A DNA stretch of 61,945 bases, counting the filler. It is 10 parts of 10 records of this genome, joined end to end, with 100 filler letters (N's around TTAATTAATTAA, not from the genome) between each part and the next. Parts side by side here need not be neighbours in the genome. Positions count along the whole stretch, not along the records: positions 25,509 to 31,396 come from SRR31156797_94491; positions 31,497 to 37,149 come from SRR31156797_94492; positions 37,250 to 45,585 come from SRR31156797_94603; 7 more parts are not named here. One strand, given 5' to 3'. The position numbers and the translations under genes were made by a program. The notes under the pieces were generated by a model. That model had not been told where the DNA came from. It saw only the letters and a program-made list of their open reading frames with translations, and ran no database searches. Positions 30,601 through 40,959 of this stretch are shown in pieces (the first letter of the stretch is position 1; each line of letters starts with the position of its first letter).

Positions 30601-31396
30601 TTAGATCTGGTTCAGTTTGTCCAATTTTCTGATCGCCTTTTTAGAAATGTAGACCGTTTCGGCAACATCCTCATCGCCGGAGGCATAGACCGTCACGCCG
30701 GGCAGGTCGATGGTCTTTCCGTTTACGACCATGTAGTCGGTACCCAGCGGGAAGATCGCATCGCCTATTTTCAGGACATCGTTTTCCACGTCGATTTCAA
30801 AATCGTCGGTGACATCCTTGACATCCACGTAAAGCTTTCGGGTGGTTTTTTTCAGGTTCACGTCCATGGCGTCAGCCATGATTTCAGCCAGATCGGTGTT
30901 GTCTAGAGTGCCGTCGATATCCAAGCCGTAAGCCCAGACCGGCACGGTACCACCGTCATGCCCGTGGCTGGTCCAACCGATGGCGGTGTAATGCTTGCTG
31001 ATCACCCGGGCCAGGGCGTAGTTTTGGCTGACGGTATATCCTTCGCCTTCGTTGGTGCCGGCCAGATCAATGATCTCCTGTGCCACTTCTGCGGAGCATT
31101 CGATACCCCAATACTCAAGAACCGCGGCCTGAATGCTGGCAACGTCCCAAGCGCCGCCCATTTGGGCCACCAGCGCCCCGGAGGTCATGGTCATGCCCGT
31201 CAGCGGGCCGATAAGGTCATTCTCGCTCACGCTGGTGTAAGCACCGTTTAACGAGCGGTTGCCAATGGTCAACCCACCGGTGTTGTGGTCCGGAAAGGCC
31301 AGGACGATGGTGTGGCGATCATTCTTAGCAAAGTCCACGGCGGCCTTGACCGCAGCGTCGAAGGCCAGAAAATCGGTGACCATGTATATGGGATCG
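30601..31396 (-). CDS. Alkaline phosphatase (PhoA family), C-terminal part (5' truncated)
   Basis: DFLAFDAAVKAAVDFA, PDHNTGGL, IGWTSHGHDG..VPVWAYG, DNTDLA. Confidence 0.88.
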
Positions 31397-31496
31397 NNNN
31401 NNNNNNNNNNNNNNNNNNNNNNNNNNNNNNNNNNNNNNNNTTAATTAATTAANNNNNNNNNNNNNNNNNNNNNNNNNNNNNNNNNNNNNNNNNNNN
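31397..31496. other. Artificial contig spacer
   Basis: N44-TTAATTAATTAA-N44. Confidence 0.98.
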
Positions 31497-31526
31497 GTTG
31501 GGTTACGCTCCGCTAACCCAACCTAC
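31497..31526 (-). repeat. GTAG-type REP element at contig edge
   Basis: Minus strand GTAG-GTTGGGTTA-GCGGAGCG-TAACCCAAC: tetranucleotide foot plus palindrome. Confidence 0.7.
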
Positions 31527-31992
31527 GTTGTTACACAACATGGCCGACAAGCGGCCAGGCGCCCAACTGTGATCCTTTTATTGGAGATTGCCATCATTTG
31601 TCCTTTTACATAATTACCGCGGGCATCCCCCGGTGAGCCGTTCGCAGTGACATTGCCGTTTTTGTGTCCTTTTATAAAGCTATCGGACGGATTCGTCCGG
31701 TGGGGGACTCCTAAGGACATAAACAGACGTGGATGGCCGAAAACCTATAATATTGTTGGGTTACGCTGTTGCAGGTAGAAGGTGTCGAGGCGGGAGCCAG
31801 GGAACGAGAAGTATGAGCCATATTGGGGCGGTTCCGGGCTTAGTTAAGAATGTTATAAACAGGGGGCTTCCCGAGGGAAAAGGACGGGCGTTGTTTTTAT
31901 CTCTTGCCTGTTTCAACTATTGTTTTGACCCGGAAGTTGTTCATTTGTTAGAATCGACGGGATTTGCCATTAAAAAGGGGAGATGTTTTCTT

Positions 31993-32583
31993 ATGAAACT
32001 GCGTGGATATAGAAAATTATGGTTCAGCACGACAGTAGCATTATTTGTTCTGCTATCCCTTATAACGGCCGACCTGGCCGCGGCCGCTGACAAGGCGTAC
32101 GACAAAAGATACGGAGTATGGGGGGGATACGGATTCGCCCAGCGAAAACCCACTGAATACGACATGATCAGCATTAATCCCTATTGGGGGATTTTCCTTA
32201 ACAATCCCGGACCGGGATATCATCACAGGTTTGAATTCTGCGTCGAAGGTTTTTATAACAATCATATGGGAGACTTCAACGACAAGTTTGAAATCGGGAT
32301 CAGGCCCATTCTTCGCTGGCACTACGGGTTTGGCGAGATAATTTCTCCTTTTATCGAAGTGTCCACGGCCGGAGTGCTGTATACAAACCTTGATGTTATT
32401 GAAACCGGTTCGGATTTAAATTTTTCCAATCACGTGGGGGCGGGCTTTAATGTTCGGATTAATCCAAGGGTTCAGCTAAGCCTGGCCTGGCGTCTGCGGC
32501 ATATTTCCAATGCCGGCCTGGCGGAGAAAAATTCCGGGATAAACCACAACCAGGCCCTGATTGGATTGTCTTACAGCTATTGA
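31993..32583 (+). CDS. Lipid A 3-O-deacylase PagL-like (acyloxyacyl hydrolase) outer-membrane protein
   Basis: Signal peptide, beta-strand pattern, RLRHISNAGL...NSGIN catalytic motif, terminal aromatic residue. Confidence 0.85.
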   Translation: MKLRGYRKLWFSTTVALFVLLSLITADLAAAADKAYDKRYGVWGGYGFAQRKPTEYDMISINPYWGIFLNNPGPGYHHRFEFCVEGFYNNHMGDFNDKFEIGIRPILRWHYGFGEIISPFIEVSTAGVLYTNLDVIETGSDLNFSNHVGAGFNVRINPRVQLSLAWRLRHISNAGLAEKNSGINHNQALIGLSYSY

Positions 32584-32615
32584 TATACGCGCCTATTTTG
32601 GATTACAGGAGATGA

Positions 32616-33353
32616 ATGATGGTTGACATGACGGCCTTGGCCGGACGTCTTAAAGATATTTTAAAAATGGACACAATGCCGGTCGGCGTGCGTTTTTTCG
32701 CCGAAGGCGAGGCGCTCCCTTCTTCCACCGAAGCCTTGGAAGAGGCGCCTGGAATAAAAAGCTATTGCCGGGGAATAATCAACGCGGCCAGGGGTGAAAT
32801 GTTTTACGGCCGGGCCGACCGGCTGGGCTGCGTTTTGGGGACGGCGACCCTGGGACTGGAAAAGGCGCCGGAACCCCTGCTTGAAAAGAACGTTCAGGAA
32901 AAATTCAAGGTCGGCCTTTATGATTCTGAACAGGCCAGTCGGGCCAGTGTTGAAATCGCGCCCAAATTCCAGGCCGGAACCTACCAATCCGTCCTGATGG
33001 GGCCCCTGGATAAAATGCCGGCTTCCGCCCAGCTTGTTATTTTTGAAGTCAATGCCGAACAGGTCATGTGGCTGCTTTACGGGGTTAATTATCTGACCGG
33101 CGGCAAGCAGGAACTCCCCCAATCCGGCGGCGTAGCCGGCGGCTGCGCCGATATTACGGTCGACCCGATTTTAAACGGAAATGCGAATATTACTTTTCTG
33201 GGCTTGGGCTGCAGAATAAAGTCGGGCATTGGGGACGACCGGCTGCTATTCGGGCTTCCTGCATCCGAATTGCCCAACCTGGTTGAAAACCTTAATAAAA
33301 TGGCCAAGCCAATGGCTGCGCTCGCCAAGGCGAAAATCGACAATCCGGCCTGA
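32616..33353 (+). CDS. DUF169 family protein
   Basis: PVGVRF, YC..I..ARG, GC.LG...LGL, GGCAD, LGC.R cysteine pattern. Confidence 0.8.
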   Translation: MMVDMTALAGRLKDILKMDTMPVGVRFFAEGEALPSSTEALEEAPGIKSYCRGIINAARGEMFYGRADRLGCVLGTATLGLEKAPEPLLEKNVQEKFKVGLYDSEQASRASVEIAPKFQAGTYQSVLMGPLDKMPASAQLVIFEVNAEQVMWLLYGVNYLTGGKQELPQSGGVAGGCADITVDPILNGNANITFLGLGCRIKSGIGDDRLLFGLPASELPNLVENLNKMAKPMAALAKAKIDNPA

Positions 33354-33446
33354 TTTGATGCGATAAAGGCCCTGTTTTTCACGGCGGGCGACGGAAATGT
33401 TGAATTTAGTCTCAGGTAAACAATCTTTGGAAAAGGAGAACAGGCT

Positions 33447-34316
33447 ATGGACATCAATGACGTCAAAAACATCGCCGTGATCGGCGCCGGAAACATGGGC
33501 CACCAGATTGCCATGCTTTGCGCTATCCAGGGCTACAAGACCACTTGCACGGATGTTAAATCCGAGATTTTGGAAAAGGCCGAAGCTTTTGCCGATTCAT
33601 ACCTGAAGGGCCGGGTGGCCAAGGAAAGACTGACCGAAGAACAGGCCAGGGCGGCGCGCGAGCGGATATCGTTTACCGGCAGCCTGGAGGAAGCCGTTAA
33701 AGACGCGGATTACGTTATTGAAGCGGTCCTGGAAGTGCTGGATCTTAAACGCAGGATATTCACCGACCTGGACAAAATGACCCCTTCCCACGCCATACTG
33801 GCTTCCAACAGTTCGGCCATTGTCAGCTCAAAGTTCGCCGACGTGACCAGCCGTCCCGATAAAGTCGTCAACCTTCACTTTTTCAACCCGGCCCTGGTCA
33901 TGAAGCTGGTGGAAGTCGTACAAGGGCCTCACGTTTCGGATGAAACCGCGAAAATTTCCATGGAGTTGTGCGACAAGCTGGGCAAGGTTCCGGTGCACTT
34001 GAAAAAGGAAGTGGAAGGTTTTCTGCTTAACCGCATTTTCGGCGCCATCACCAAAGAAGCTCTTTGGCTTTTGGAAATGGGCGTGGCCTCCACCGAGGAT
34101 ATCGACAAGGCCCAGGTTTACGGCGCCGGGCATCCAATGGGCGCTTTCCGCCTGATGGACCTGACCGGCATCGACCTGGCATACACCATGGCCATGGAAT
34201 CTTTCAAGGAATCCGGAGATCCGGCCATGCTGCCAAGACCAAGCGTGGTGGAAAAATATATTAAAGGCGAGTGGGGAGAAAAAACCGGCAAGGGCTGGTA
34301 TGATTATTCCAAATAG
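33447..34316 (+). CDS. 3-hydroxyacyl-CoA dehydrogenase
   Basis: VIGAGNMGHQIA, IEAVLE, ASNSS, LHFFNP, GHPMGAF.LMDLTGID, GEKTGKGWYDY. Confidence 0.93.
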   Translation: MDINDVKNIAVIGAGNMGHQIAMLCAIQGYKTTCTDVKSEILEKAEAFADSYLKGRVAKERLTEEQARAARERISFTGSLEEAVKDADYVIEAVLEVLDLKRRIFTDLDKMTPSHAILASNSSAIVSSKFADVTSRPDKVVNLHFFNPALVMKLVEVVQGPHVSDETAKISMELCDKLGKVPVHLKKEVEGFLLNRIFGAITKEALWLLEMGVASTEDIDKAQVYGAGHPMGAFRLMDLTGIDLAYTMAMESFKESGDPAMLPRPSVVEKYIKGEWGEKTGKGWYDYSK

Positions 34317-34495
34317 ACGTTGAATATCAAGGTCCGGCTCGGATGATCGAACGGGCCGTGCGCTGTTTTTTTGGAAAACGCCGACGTTGTAAGGCGGACG
34401 CCGGAAAAGACCGGCTAAGGCCCTGATGACGGAAGGGTTTCTAATCATTGTAAAAAGGGTTTGCAACAACCCTGTTGTGGGACTATAATACGCTC

Positions 34496-35689
34496 ATGGG
34501 AACTAAGCGCCAACCTCCTTTGGAAAAAATAACCGTGCACAGGTCGCGTTGGCCATGGATAATAGTGATTGTTCTGGTTGCGGCCGGCTTGGCGGCTGTC
34601 GGTCATTTCATGAACTGGCTGCCCTGGTCCGCATCAACGCCGGCGCCTAAGCCGAAGCCGACCATGAGCGCTTCCATAATGTCTTCACCGGAAGCGCCCC
34701 CGCCCAAGGTCATTGATTTTAACGTGGTTAAAAAACAAACCGATGAAAACCTCGGAAGGATAATCAAAAAAAGAAAGCAGGATTTCGGCCTGGATAAAAG
34801 CGTGGACATGGTTATCAGCCCGGACGAATCCATCAAGGTCGGCCAGGAAACCATACCTCTAAAAGACATACTCGCCCAGATAGAAAACCTTAAGCCCGAC
34901 GACCTGCCAGTTATCAAACCCGGAGAATTAAAGCCTTCCGCCGGACAGAAACCGGCGCCGGGTTCAGCTGAAAAAACCGCCCCGGCCGCTGGACAGACAA
35001 CTAATGTTAAAGACGGGCAAACCACGGCGGCAGTGACGCAGGCCGATCCGAACGCTCCGGTCGTTTCTGCTCCTGGAAAAACCGCGGAAGGGGAAATTCA
35101 AGAAGAAGATTTATCGGATTCAGGCGGCCGGGCCCCGGCCGGTTCAACCTCTTCAGCGGCTGCTCCGTCTTCTTCCATTTCAGTACCCGTAACAAAACCG
35201 GGGGAGACCGGCCAGGATGCGGGTGTTTCGGCCTCGCCTGCAAAGCCGGCGACGTCCGGACGCCAGGCGGCTTCAACTGTCTCAGCCCCTTCATCGGCCA
35301 ACCGCGTCAGAAAACCGGTCGCCTTTTACGGCATATATGTTGTTCGCCAGGGAGACAATCTTTGGGATATACATTTTGCCGTGTTAATGGAATATCTTAA
35401 GCACAAGGGAATTGACATCGCGCCCACGGCCGATGAAGCAAAAGAGGGCAAGAGCACCGGAGTGGCCCGCATATTAAAATACGCCGAAAGCATGGTTTAT
35501 ATCTTTAATATGAAAACCAAGCAGATCGACCAGAATTTGGATATGCTGGAGCCGGAAGAAAAAGTTGTTGTTTTCAATTTGACCCGCCTGGATCTAATTC
35601 TGGGGTCGATTAAACCGGGGCAAATAGATACGATTCAATACGACGGTACGGATTTATACTTTCCCGGTTCTCGAACCATCACCCGCTGA
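34496..35689 (+). CDS. Membrane-anchored protein with Pro/Ala/Ser-rich linker and LysM-like C-terminal motif
   Basis: Single N-terminal TM, low-complexity middle, YVVRQGDNLWDI. Confidence 0.6.
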   Translation: MGTKRQPPLEKITVHRSRWPWIIVIVLVAAGLAAVGHFMNWLPWSASTPAPKPKPTMSASIMSSPEAPPPKVIDFNVVKKQTDENLGRIIKKRKQDFGLDKSVDMVISPDESIKVGQETIPLKDILAQIENLKPDDLPVIKPGELKPSAGQKPAPGSAEKTAPAAGQTTNVKDGQTTAAVTQADPNAPVVSAPGKTAEGEIQEEDLSDSGGRAPAGSTSSAAAPSSSISVPVTKPGETGQDAGVSASPAKPATSGRQAASTVSAPSSANRVRKPVAFYGIYVVRQGDNLWDIHFAVLMEYLKHKGIDIAPTADEAKEGKSTGVARILKYAESMVYIFNMKTKQIDQNLDMLEPEEKVVVFNLTRLDLILGSIKPGQIDTIQYDGTDLYFPGSRTITR

Positions 35690-35698
35690 TCGGATAAT

Positions 35699-36232
35699 AT
35701 GGAAAAAAAGATCAAGACTTTGGGCGTTTTGCACGCCAAGAGCTTTTACGTAAATCTGGATGAAGTAAGCCGGGGGCGGTCATCGGCCAAACGCCTCGTT
35801 ATTCGCCACCCTTCCGCGGTTGTCATAGTGCCTGTTATCGGAGACGACGAGACGCTTATCGTTGAACAACACCGGTATTCCCTGGGCAGGAAAACCCTTG
35901 AATTCCCGGCCGGGAAAATCGATCCGGGAGAGGACCCCCTGGAAACGGCCAAAAGAGAATTGATCGAGGAAACCGGGTACAGGGCCGGCCGCTTTGATCG
36001 ATTGCTTTCATTTGCGCCTTCATTAGGCTATTCGGACGAAATAATCCATGTTTTTCGTGCGCGCGATCTTGAGCCTACCGGGAATGAGCCGGATGAAAAT
36101 GAAATATCCCGCGTGATCCGTATCAGGATTTCAGAGCTTCAAGAAATGATCATGTCCGGAAATATTATCGACGGAACCACAATGACGGCCCTGGCCGTTT
36201 TGGAATGGTCGGCGGTCGGCGACAAATTATAA
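35699..36232 (+). CDS. NUDIX hydrolase (ADP-ribose pyrophosphatase-like)
   Basis: EFPAGKIDPGEDPLETAKRELIEETGY Nudix box. Confidence 0.92.
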   Translation: MEKKIKTLGVLHAKSFYVNLDEVSRGRSSAKRLVIRHPSAVVIVPVIGDDETLIVEQHRYSLGRKTLEFPAGKIDPGEDPLETAKRELIEETGYRAGRFDRLLSFAPSLGYSDEIIHVFRARDLEPTGNEPDENEISRVIRIRISELQEMIMSGNIIDGTTMTALAVLEWSAVGDKL

Positions 36233-37149
36233 ACTTTTTGAAATTGAAAAAGAGATGACCGTGCCTCCGTCTTCTCCGGGGTCGGCCCAGGCGGCGCCCA
36301 TGTGCTTTTCGGCCAGTTCCTTCACAATAGCCAGGCCCAAACCCGCTCCTTCCAAACCGCGGGCGCCTGATTTTCGCTTAAAAGGATAAAACACTTTTTC
36401 CGAATCTTCGATCTTTATACCAATACCGTCGTCCATTATGGAAATTACGTGATGGTCGCCGTCATCGCGATACCCGGGTTGAATCGTGGTCAAGCTTTCG
36501 CCGCCGTATTTCAAGGCATTGTCAACCAGGTTCCTCAACACCCTCATTACAGACAGCTTATCCGCCTTTATTTCCGGCAAATGGTCCCGGGCGGCCATTG
36601 TCACGCCGCGAACTTTCAACCTGTTGCGAAATTCATCCGCCAGCATGTCCACCACGGCTTGCAGATTGACTGTTTCAATCTTCAAAGGCGCTTCCTTGGC
36701 CGTAATGTACGCGTTTATGGTTTCAACCAGCAGAGCGATCTCTTCGGAAGCTTTTAGAATAAGCTCGCAATACATGCCGCCTTTGTCGCCCAACTCTTTG
36801 GAATAGTGTTTGTTTAGGCGCTTGGCCAAACCATGGATGCTTATAGCCGGGTTTTTAAGGTCGTGAGATACTGAATAGGCGAACATTTTTATTTTTTCCG
36901 AACTCTTCCTGAGGGCTTCAATCGATTGTTTGCGTTCGGTGATGTCGCGAACAATGGCCAACGCCCCTTCTTCAGTACTTTTTACCATTCGGGATTCAAA
37001 AAATTTCTTTTCACCGTCTATAACCATGCTGTATTCGTAAACCTGTATCCTGTCAGTATCCATGGCTTTTTCGAGATGTTCCATCGTCAGGGCGGCCAGG
37101 TCAGGAGGTAGAATTTCACTCAGGCGCTTCTGTAAAAACATCTCCGGAG
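36227..37149 (-). CDS. PAS sensor histidine kinase, C-terminal part (5' truncated)
   Basis: RDITERK, SVSHDLKNP, NLVDNALKY, DDGIGI, GAGLGLAIV. Confidence 0.9.
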
Positions 37150-37249
37150 NNNNNNNNNNNNNNNNNNNNNNNNNNNNNNNNNNNNNNNNNNNNTTAATTA
37201 ATTAANNNNNNNNNNNNNNNNNNNNNNNNNNNNNNNNNNNNNNNNNNNN
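37150..37249. other. Artificial contig spacer
   Basis: N44-TTAATTAATTAA-N44. Confidence 0.98.
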
Positions 37250-37309
37250 CGCAATCAGCTGAAGGCCGGCATGGAAGCCATCAAATGGGAAAAGGAAATG
37301 GCGAAGTAA
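37250..37309 (+). CDS. C-terminal tail of an upstream gene, probably the TctC substrate-binding protein
   Basis: RNQLKAGMEAIKWEKEMAK* directly before tctB; identity inferred from position only. Confidence 0.4.
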   Translation, partial: RNQLKAGMEAIKWEKEMAK

Positions 37310-37353
37310 AAGGGGCGTAATGTGAAAGGCGACAACACCCGAGGAGGTTATTC

Positions 37354-37842
37354 ATGTCCCGCAAAGGTGGCCAATTCGCCTTTCTCGCATTTCTGCTGCT
37401 GATACCCGCGTACGTCTTTTACGACATCGCCACCCGATTCGTCGAAGAAGGCGTCGCGGGAGGCAGCGCCGAAAACAATGCGGCGATGTTTCCAAAGCTC
37501 ATCGCGACGCTTCTTCTGGTACTGATCATCATCCAGATCGCGACAACGGGTTCGAAAAAAACCGATGGCGTTGCCGTGCCGTTTCCGGCGATCGGCGTTT
37601 TATGGCGGCGATACGGCCGTGTTCTGGCGGTATTCGCGCTGTTCGTTTTGTACCTGCCGGCGTTCCGTTGGTTCGGGTTTCTTTACTCGACGCCGGTGTT
37701 TCTAGCCCTCGTCCAACTTGTGCTCGGCTATCGCAATCCGCTTGCGATAGCCGTCTTTTCCGCCGGTGTCACGGCTGCGGTCTGGTTGGCGTTTGCGCGC
37801 ATCCTGAACCTGGTATTGCCCGTCGGCGATATCTTCGGCTGA
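37354..37842 (+). CDS. tctB: TTT small subunit TctB
   Basis: Four TM segments, AMFPK, GFLYST, ends ILNLVLPVG; GGAGG RBS. Confidence 0.85.
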   Translation: MSRKGGQFAFLAFLLLIPAYVFYDIATRFVEEGVAGGSAENNAAMFPKLIATLLLVLIIIQIATTGSKKTDGVAVPFPAIGVLWRRYGRVLAVFALFVLYLPAFRWFGFLYSTPVFLALVQLVLGYRNPLAIAVFSAGVTAAVWLAFARILNLVLPVGDIFG

Positions 37843-37848
37843 CCGGCG

Positions 37849-39339
37849 ATGCTGGAATTCGGAGCCTTTCCCCTCGGCCCCCTGCAATTGCTGTTCACCG
37901 CAGGCGGCGTCATCATGGGTATCATCATCGGTGTCCTGCCGGGGCTCGGGCCGCTGTTGGGCATGGTCCTATTGACCCCTTTTTCCATGTACATGGAACC
38001 GATCGCGGGTTTGTCGCTGCTGATCGGCGTGTTCGTCGGCGGCACCTTCGGTGGCGCGGTCACGGCGATTTTGCTGCGGATACCCGGAACGCCGATCGCG
38101 GCGGCAACCCTGCTTGACGGCTATCCCCTGGCGCAGCAGGGCAGAAGCGCCGAAGCGCTCGGCATTGCGGTTGCCGCGTCGTCGATCGGCGGCATCATCG
38201 GCGGACTTTTTCTGATTTTGGGGGCGCCGGTTCTTGCCCGGTTCGCCCTTAATTTCGCACCGCCCGAATATTTCGCCCTCGCCTTTGCCGGTATCGTCTG
38301 TATCGCCGTGGTTTCGCGCGGTTCGACGGTAAAGGGACTGATCGTCGGCTGCATCGGCCTATTGGTCGCGACCATCGGCATCGATCCGTTTGCGTTTTTT
38401 TACCGCTTCAATTTCGACACCCAATGGCTGATCGGCGGCATCGGCATCGTGCCGATCGTGCTCGGCCTGTTCGCCGTCAGCGAAATGATGATTCAGATCC
38501 AGGCCGGCGGCCTGAACCAAAGCGCCGGCGTGCAATCCATCCGCATTCCGCCGAAGACCATCGTCCAAACGCTGAAAAGCTTCGTGAACGTCTTGCGGTC
38601 CAGCACCATCGGCACCTTTATCGGAGCGCTGCCGGGCGCCGGATCGGTCATCGCCGCGTTCGTTTCCTACGCCGCCGCCAAGGGTGCGGCGCGCGATCCG
38701 GAAAGCTTCGGCACCGGCAACCCGGACGGCGTCATCGCGACCGAATCGGCAAACAACGCCTGTTGCGGCGGAACCATGATCCCGTCTCTGGCGCTTGCCC
38801 TGCCGGGCGATCCGTGTACGGCGATGCTGCTGGCGGCAATCCTGTTGCTCGGCTTCATTCCGGGACCGCAGTTGTTCGAGAACTCGCCGGACCTGATCAC
38901 CGGAATCTTCTCGTCCTATATGACGGCGAATGTGTTTCTGCTGATCTTCGGTTTTTTGCTGGTGCCCCTGTTCGTCTGGTTCGTGAACATCCGCAAGGTG
39001 TTCCTGGTGCCGATCATTCTGGTTTTGTGCGTGGTCGGATCCTACGGCGTCACCAATTCGGTGCAGGACTTATGGTTTCTGCCCATATTCGCCGTACTGG
39101 CACTGGCCTTGATCAAGTTCGACTACCCGCTGGCACCGCTCACCATCGCGCCCGTTCTTGGGCCGATCATGGAAGAAAACTTCCGCCGCTCGTTGATCAT
39201 GTCGGCGGGCGACTACACGGTTTTCCTGACGCGGCCGTTGTGTACGAGCATCCTGGCAATCAGTGCCGTCGCACTTGTTTTCGCCATCCTTCCGTCCAAT
39301 CCGTTGAAGCGTTTTGCGCAGAAAGGCAGTGAGTTGTGA
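37849..39339 (+). CDS. tctA: TTT large subunit TctA
   Basis: GVLPGLG, GG.VTAILLRIPGTP...ATLLDGYP, ATESANNA, PGPQLF. Confidence 0.92.
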   Translation: MLEFGAFPLGPLQLLFTAGGVIMGIIIGVLPGLGPLLGMVLLTPFSMYMEPIAGLSLLIGVFVGGTFGGAVTAILLRIPGTPIAAATLLDGYPLAQQGRSAEALGIAVAASSIGGIIGGLFLILGAPVLARFALNFAPPEYFALAFAGIVCIAVVSRGSTVKGLIVGCIGLLVATIGIDPFAFFYRFNFDTQWLIGGIGIVPIVLGLFAVSEMMIQIQAGGLNQSAGVQSIRIPPKTIVQTLKSFVNVLRSSTIGTFIGALPGAGSVIAAFVSYAAAKGAARDPESFGTGNPDGVIATESANNACCGGTMIPSLALALPGDPCTAMLLAAILLLGFIPGPQLFENSPDLITGIFSSYMTANVFLLIFGFLLVPLFVWFVNIRKVFLVPIILVLCVVGSYGVTNSVQDLWFLPIFAVLALALIKFDYPLAPLTIAPVLGPIMEENFRRSLIMSAGDYTVFLTRPLCTSILAISAVALVFAILPSNPLKRFAQKGSEL

Positions 39340-40865
39340 AAGCCGTTCTTGTTCTTTTCGATTCCTTGAACCGCATGGCGCTGGGCTGCTACGGCGGTGC
39401 CGTACCGACCCCTAATTTCGACCGTCTGGCGCGAAAATCGGTGCTTTTCGAGAACCACTATTCCGGCAGCCTGCCGTGCATGCCGGCGCGGCGCGATCAT
39501 CATACCGGACGGTATGGTTTCTTTCACGCCGGCTGGGGGCCGCTGGAACCGTTCGACAATTCCTACAGCCGCCATTTGCGCGAGGAATGCGGAACCTACT
39601 CTCATCTCGTTACCGATCATTTCCACTATTTCGAGGACGGCGGGCTTTGCTATCACAACACCTTCGATTCATGGGTCAATATCCGCGGCCAGGAATACGA
39701 CCCATGGAAGCCGACCCTAAACGCCGACCTTGAGAAGCTTCGGCGCACCTACGATCCACGGCATTACGATTTCGAAACCCACGGGCGGTCCCGCCATCGA
39801 CTGCAACATGCGATCAACCGGGAACACATGACGGCGGAAGCCGACTTTCCGCTGCCGCGCTGTTTCGAGGCCGGGTTCGAGTTTCTCGATACGGCACGCG
39901 GCTCGGACAATTGGCTGCTGCAACTCGAATGCTTCGATCCGCACGAACCGTTCCATGTGCCCGACCGCTTCGCGCGGCCCTTCGATACCGGCTACAACGG
40001 TTTGGTGCTTGATTGGCCCAACTATGCGCGGGTCACGGAATCGGTCGAGGAAATCCGCGAAATCCGGGCCAAGTACGCCGGTCTCGTCACCATGTGCGAC
40101 GAATATCTGGGCCGCCTGCTCGACCGTTTCGACGCCGAAAACATGTGGGAGGATACCGCCCTTATCGTCACCACCGACCACGGCTTTCTTTTGTCGGAGC
40201 ACGACTGGTGGGCCAAGGTAAAAATGCCCCAATACCAGGAAATTTCACACATTCCGCTTATGGTTTATCATCCGGATCACAAGGACAAAGGCGGCGAACG
40301 ACGCCGGGCGCTGACCTCGGCCATCGACGTGATGCCGACCCTGCTGGATATCTTCGATACGCCGGCCCCGGTTGAAACACGGGGCAAAAGCCTGTTGCCA
40401 GTCCTGGCCGATGACGGCATCCACCACGAAGCCGTGGTCTCCGGCGTATTCGGCGGGCCGATGTTGATCACCGATGGACGCTATGCCTTCCACTACTGCC
40501 CGCAATGGCTCGACAGCACCAATCTGTACGAATACAGGATGCTGCCCATGCACATGCGCGAACCATTCTCGCTTCAGGAACTCAGGCACATGGAACTGGT
40601 CGAACCGTTCGACTACACCAAGGGCGTCCAAGTCCTGAAGATCAAGGCGCGCGACGATTCCAAACGCGTTCCGAACCACGACGGTGACGGTTTTGAGGAC
40701 ACCGAAACCCGGATTTACGACCTTGACACCGATCCTGGCGAAGCAAAACCGTTCCGGGATGCCGCAATCGAAGAGCGTTTGCTGAAGGCGGCTGCGGCCA
40801 TCATGCGCGACCACGATGCACCGCCCGAAATGTTCGAACGCTTCGCCTTGCCGGCGGTTAAGTGA
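39336..40865 (+). CDS. Cytoplasmic formylglycine-type sulfatase
   Basis: LFDSLNR, CMPARR (CxPxR), FDPHEPF, TTDHG; no signal peptide; GTGA overlap with tctA. Confidence 0.9.
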   Translation: MKAVLVLFDSLNRMALGCYGGAVPTPNFDRLARKSVLFENHYSGSLPCMPARRDHHTGRYGFFHAGWGPLEPFDNSYSRHLREECGTYSHLVTDHFHYFEDGGLCYHNTFDSWVNIRGQEYDPWKPTLNADLEKLRRTYDPRHYDFETHGRSRHRLQHAINREHMTAEADFPLPRCFEAGFEFLDTARGSDNWLLQLECFDPHEPFHVPDRFARPFDTGYNGLVLDWPNYARVTESVEEIREIRAKYAGLVTMCDEYLGRLLDRFDAENMWEDTALIVTTDHGFLLSEHDWWAKVKMPQYQEISHIPLMVYHPDHKDKGGERRRALTSAIDVMPTLLDIFDTPAPVETRGKSLLPVLADDGIHHEAVVSGVFGGPMLITDGRYAFHYCPQWLDSTNLYEYRMLPMHMREPFSLQELRHMELVEPFDYTKGVQVLKIKARDDSKRVPNHDGDGFEDTETRIYDLDTDPGEAKPFRDAAIEERLLKAAAAIMRDHDAPPEMFERFALPAVK

Positions 40866-40959
40866 GCCGATTGCGAATTGCGGACAGAACGAGGATATTC
40901 GCGGCCGGGACGACGCCATGCATCCCCTTGAAGTCATCCGATTTTCGGAAACTCCCGAC

